Positions 62,577 through 64,000 of a stretch of DNA of 64,000 bases are shown here, piece by piece. The position numbers and the translations under genes are program-made. The stretch is from sequence record PP496444.1; one strand, 5' to 3'. Each line of letters opens with the position of its first letter. Positions within the stretch are counted from its first letter, which is position 1. The notes beneath the pieces were generated by a model. The model ran no database searches, was not told the DNA's origin, and saw only the letters and a list, made by a program, of their open reading frames with translations.

Positions 62577-64000
62577 AACTGGTTAACCAACCCGCAGAAG
62601 TACGTGCAGTTGTGTCCATCTGTAAGAGCCCAACAAAGCTTCGCTACAAGCTGTTGGCTAACCTCAATGAAACCCACTTCGACTCCGAAATCGCCAGCCG
62701 GGCATTCAGCCGTATCTCGACGCTGGCCCGGAAGCGCGCCACACTGGTGAGCTGGGAAGACTTGTGCGAAGACCCTACGCTGCCGGACGCCACCAAGGCT
62801 GCGCTGCGTAATGCCAAAGCCAAGCCGATCAAGACCGATAAGGACATGTCAACGCTGGTCGAGAACCTGTCCTACTATCGCAAGTGCCGACTGACCTTTG
62901 AAGCGGCGCAAGCGGCCATCACATCGTTCCAGACGGATGCGCCGAATGTAGACGGCATCGTGGTGAGTCTGGCCAACGCGGTAACGGCAGCGAACACCTC
63001 CATGGCCGTGGACAGCGAACTTCTGGTCTTCGGTAAGGGCTCCAACTCCAAGGAGATGATCGACGAACTACTGGACGGTGAAGCACCCGAGGTTATTCCA
63101 TTGGGCTTCTCCGGGTTCGATGATCGCAACGGTGGTCTGTTCCCCGGCTCACTGGTAATCGTGGCCGGTCCATCCGGTGGTGGTAAGTCGCTGACGGCTG
63201 GTCAGATGGCTATCAACTTCACGGAAGGTGGTTACTCGACGGCTATCGTGCCGTTGGAGATGACCAAGCGTGAGCAGACAGCACGTATCGTTGCCAACCT
63301 TGCGGACATCCCGGTCAACAAGATTCTCACCGGCAAGCTGACGCTCAACGAGAAGAAGAAGATTCGCAAGTCGATGAAGGACTACGAGCGCCGCTGCAAG
63401 AAGCTGGGTTCCTCGTACGCCATCTACGAACCGGAAGAAGACGTCACCATCGAAAACGTGTTGGGCAACCTTCGCCCGTTCGGCCATCGCGTCGTGATCA
63501 TCGACTACGTGGGTCTGCTGGACGGTGTTGATGGCGATGACTCTTGGAGACAGCTGGGTAAAGCCGCACGCTACGCCAAGATCTGGGCCAAGCAGAACAA
63601 CGTGCTGGTCATCCTGTTGGCACAAGCGGCGGAAGACGGTACGCTGCGTTACTCCAAGGTAATGACCGACCATGCCAACAACGCCTTCGTGTGGGTGACC
63701 ACGGAAGAGATGAAGGACCACGGCATCATTCGCGTCATGCAGCCTAAGGCACGTAACCATGACCCGGCTCCGTTCTACATCAAGATGCATTGGGGCAGTA
63801 TGAAGTGCGTCGGTCTCACGGATCAGGAAGCCGAGGAACAGATGTCAGCAACCGGGCATCGGAACGTGGTCGCCACGGAAAGACGTGGCGCGCGACAAGG
63901 CGGGGATAATTCAGGACAAGCTGGACGGAACAACAACTTGCGCCGTGAACTGCAAAACCGCAGGCAGCAAATGGGTGGCGGGCAACGACGCGCCGCATAA
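62573..64000 (+). CDS. dnaB: Replicative DNA helicase DnaB
   Basis: GPSGGGKS, LEM, IIDYVGL, LLAQ, KAR. Confidence 0.92.
   Translation: MKLVNQPAEVRAVVSICKSPTKLRYKLLANLNETHFDSEIASRAFSRISTLARKRATLVSWEDLCEDPTLPDATKAALRNAKAKPIKTDKDMSTLVENLSYYRKCRLTFEAAQAAITSFQTDAPNVDGIVVSLANAVTAANTSMAVDSELLVFGKGSNSKEMIDELLDGEAPEVIPLGFSGFDDRNGGLFPGSLVIVAGPSGGGKSLTAGQMAINFTEGGYSTAIVPLEMTKREQTARIVANLADIPVNKILTGKLTLNEKKKIRKSMKDYERRCKKLGSSYAIYEPEEDVTIENVLGNLRPFGHRVVIIDYVGLLDGVDGDDSWRQLGKAARYAKIWAKQNNVLVILLAQAAEDGTLRYSKVMTDHANNAFVWVTTEEMKDHGIIRVMQPKARNHDPAPFYIKMHWGSMKCVGLTDQEAEEQMSATGHRNVVATERRGARQGGDNSGQAGRNNNLRRELQNRRQQMGGGQRRAA

Noticed and set aside
1-64000. Alternative genetic code, introns or inteins
   Set aside because: Conserved genes (polA, topoisomerase subunits, dnaB, folE, queE) read through intact in the standard code. 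TAG terminates genes normally (34713, 43639, 55751), and no intein or intron-sized insertions are visible.

Overview
Fragment of a large (jumbo-type) myophage genome, standard genetic code. No tRNA, rRNA, CRISPR array or integrase is visible. Left arm, minus strand: tail sheath (runs off the edge), probable tail-completion protein, major capsid protein, decoration-like protein, Zn-ribbon/acidic scaffold-like protein. Next come a SWIM-finger gene, a compositionally foreign 1010-aa divergent family-A/T7-like polymerase next to a ~600-nt hairpin- and repeat-rich non-coding region (candidate origin), small accessory genes, RNase HI and a UvrD-like helicase. From 20266 on everything reads on the plus strand. 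It starts with a catalytically degenerate NAD-ligase homologue, then a ~12-kb biosynthetic-type operon: two QueC paralogues, four Fem/ATE-like GNAT-fold proteins, a PurD-like ATP-grasp ligase, two SAM methyltransferases and a lysine 2,3-aminomutase. Then type II topoisomerase B/A with DnaJ fragments, a divergent sigma factor, accessory genes, and a replication block (UDG-fused DNA polymerase A, QueE, beta-clamp, FolE, SF2 helicase, degenerate DnaC-like protein, DnaB). The best candidate for an undescribed system is the 21741-33723 operon. Together with QueE/FolE it suggests a 7-deazaguanine pathway elaborated with beta-lysine, methyl and aminoacyl groups. DpdA and QueD are not in this window, so the DNA target is inferred, not shown. 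All calls come from manual motif reading; no database search was run.
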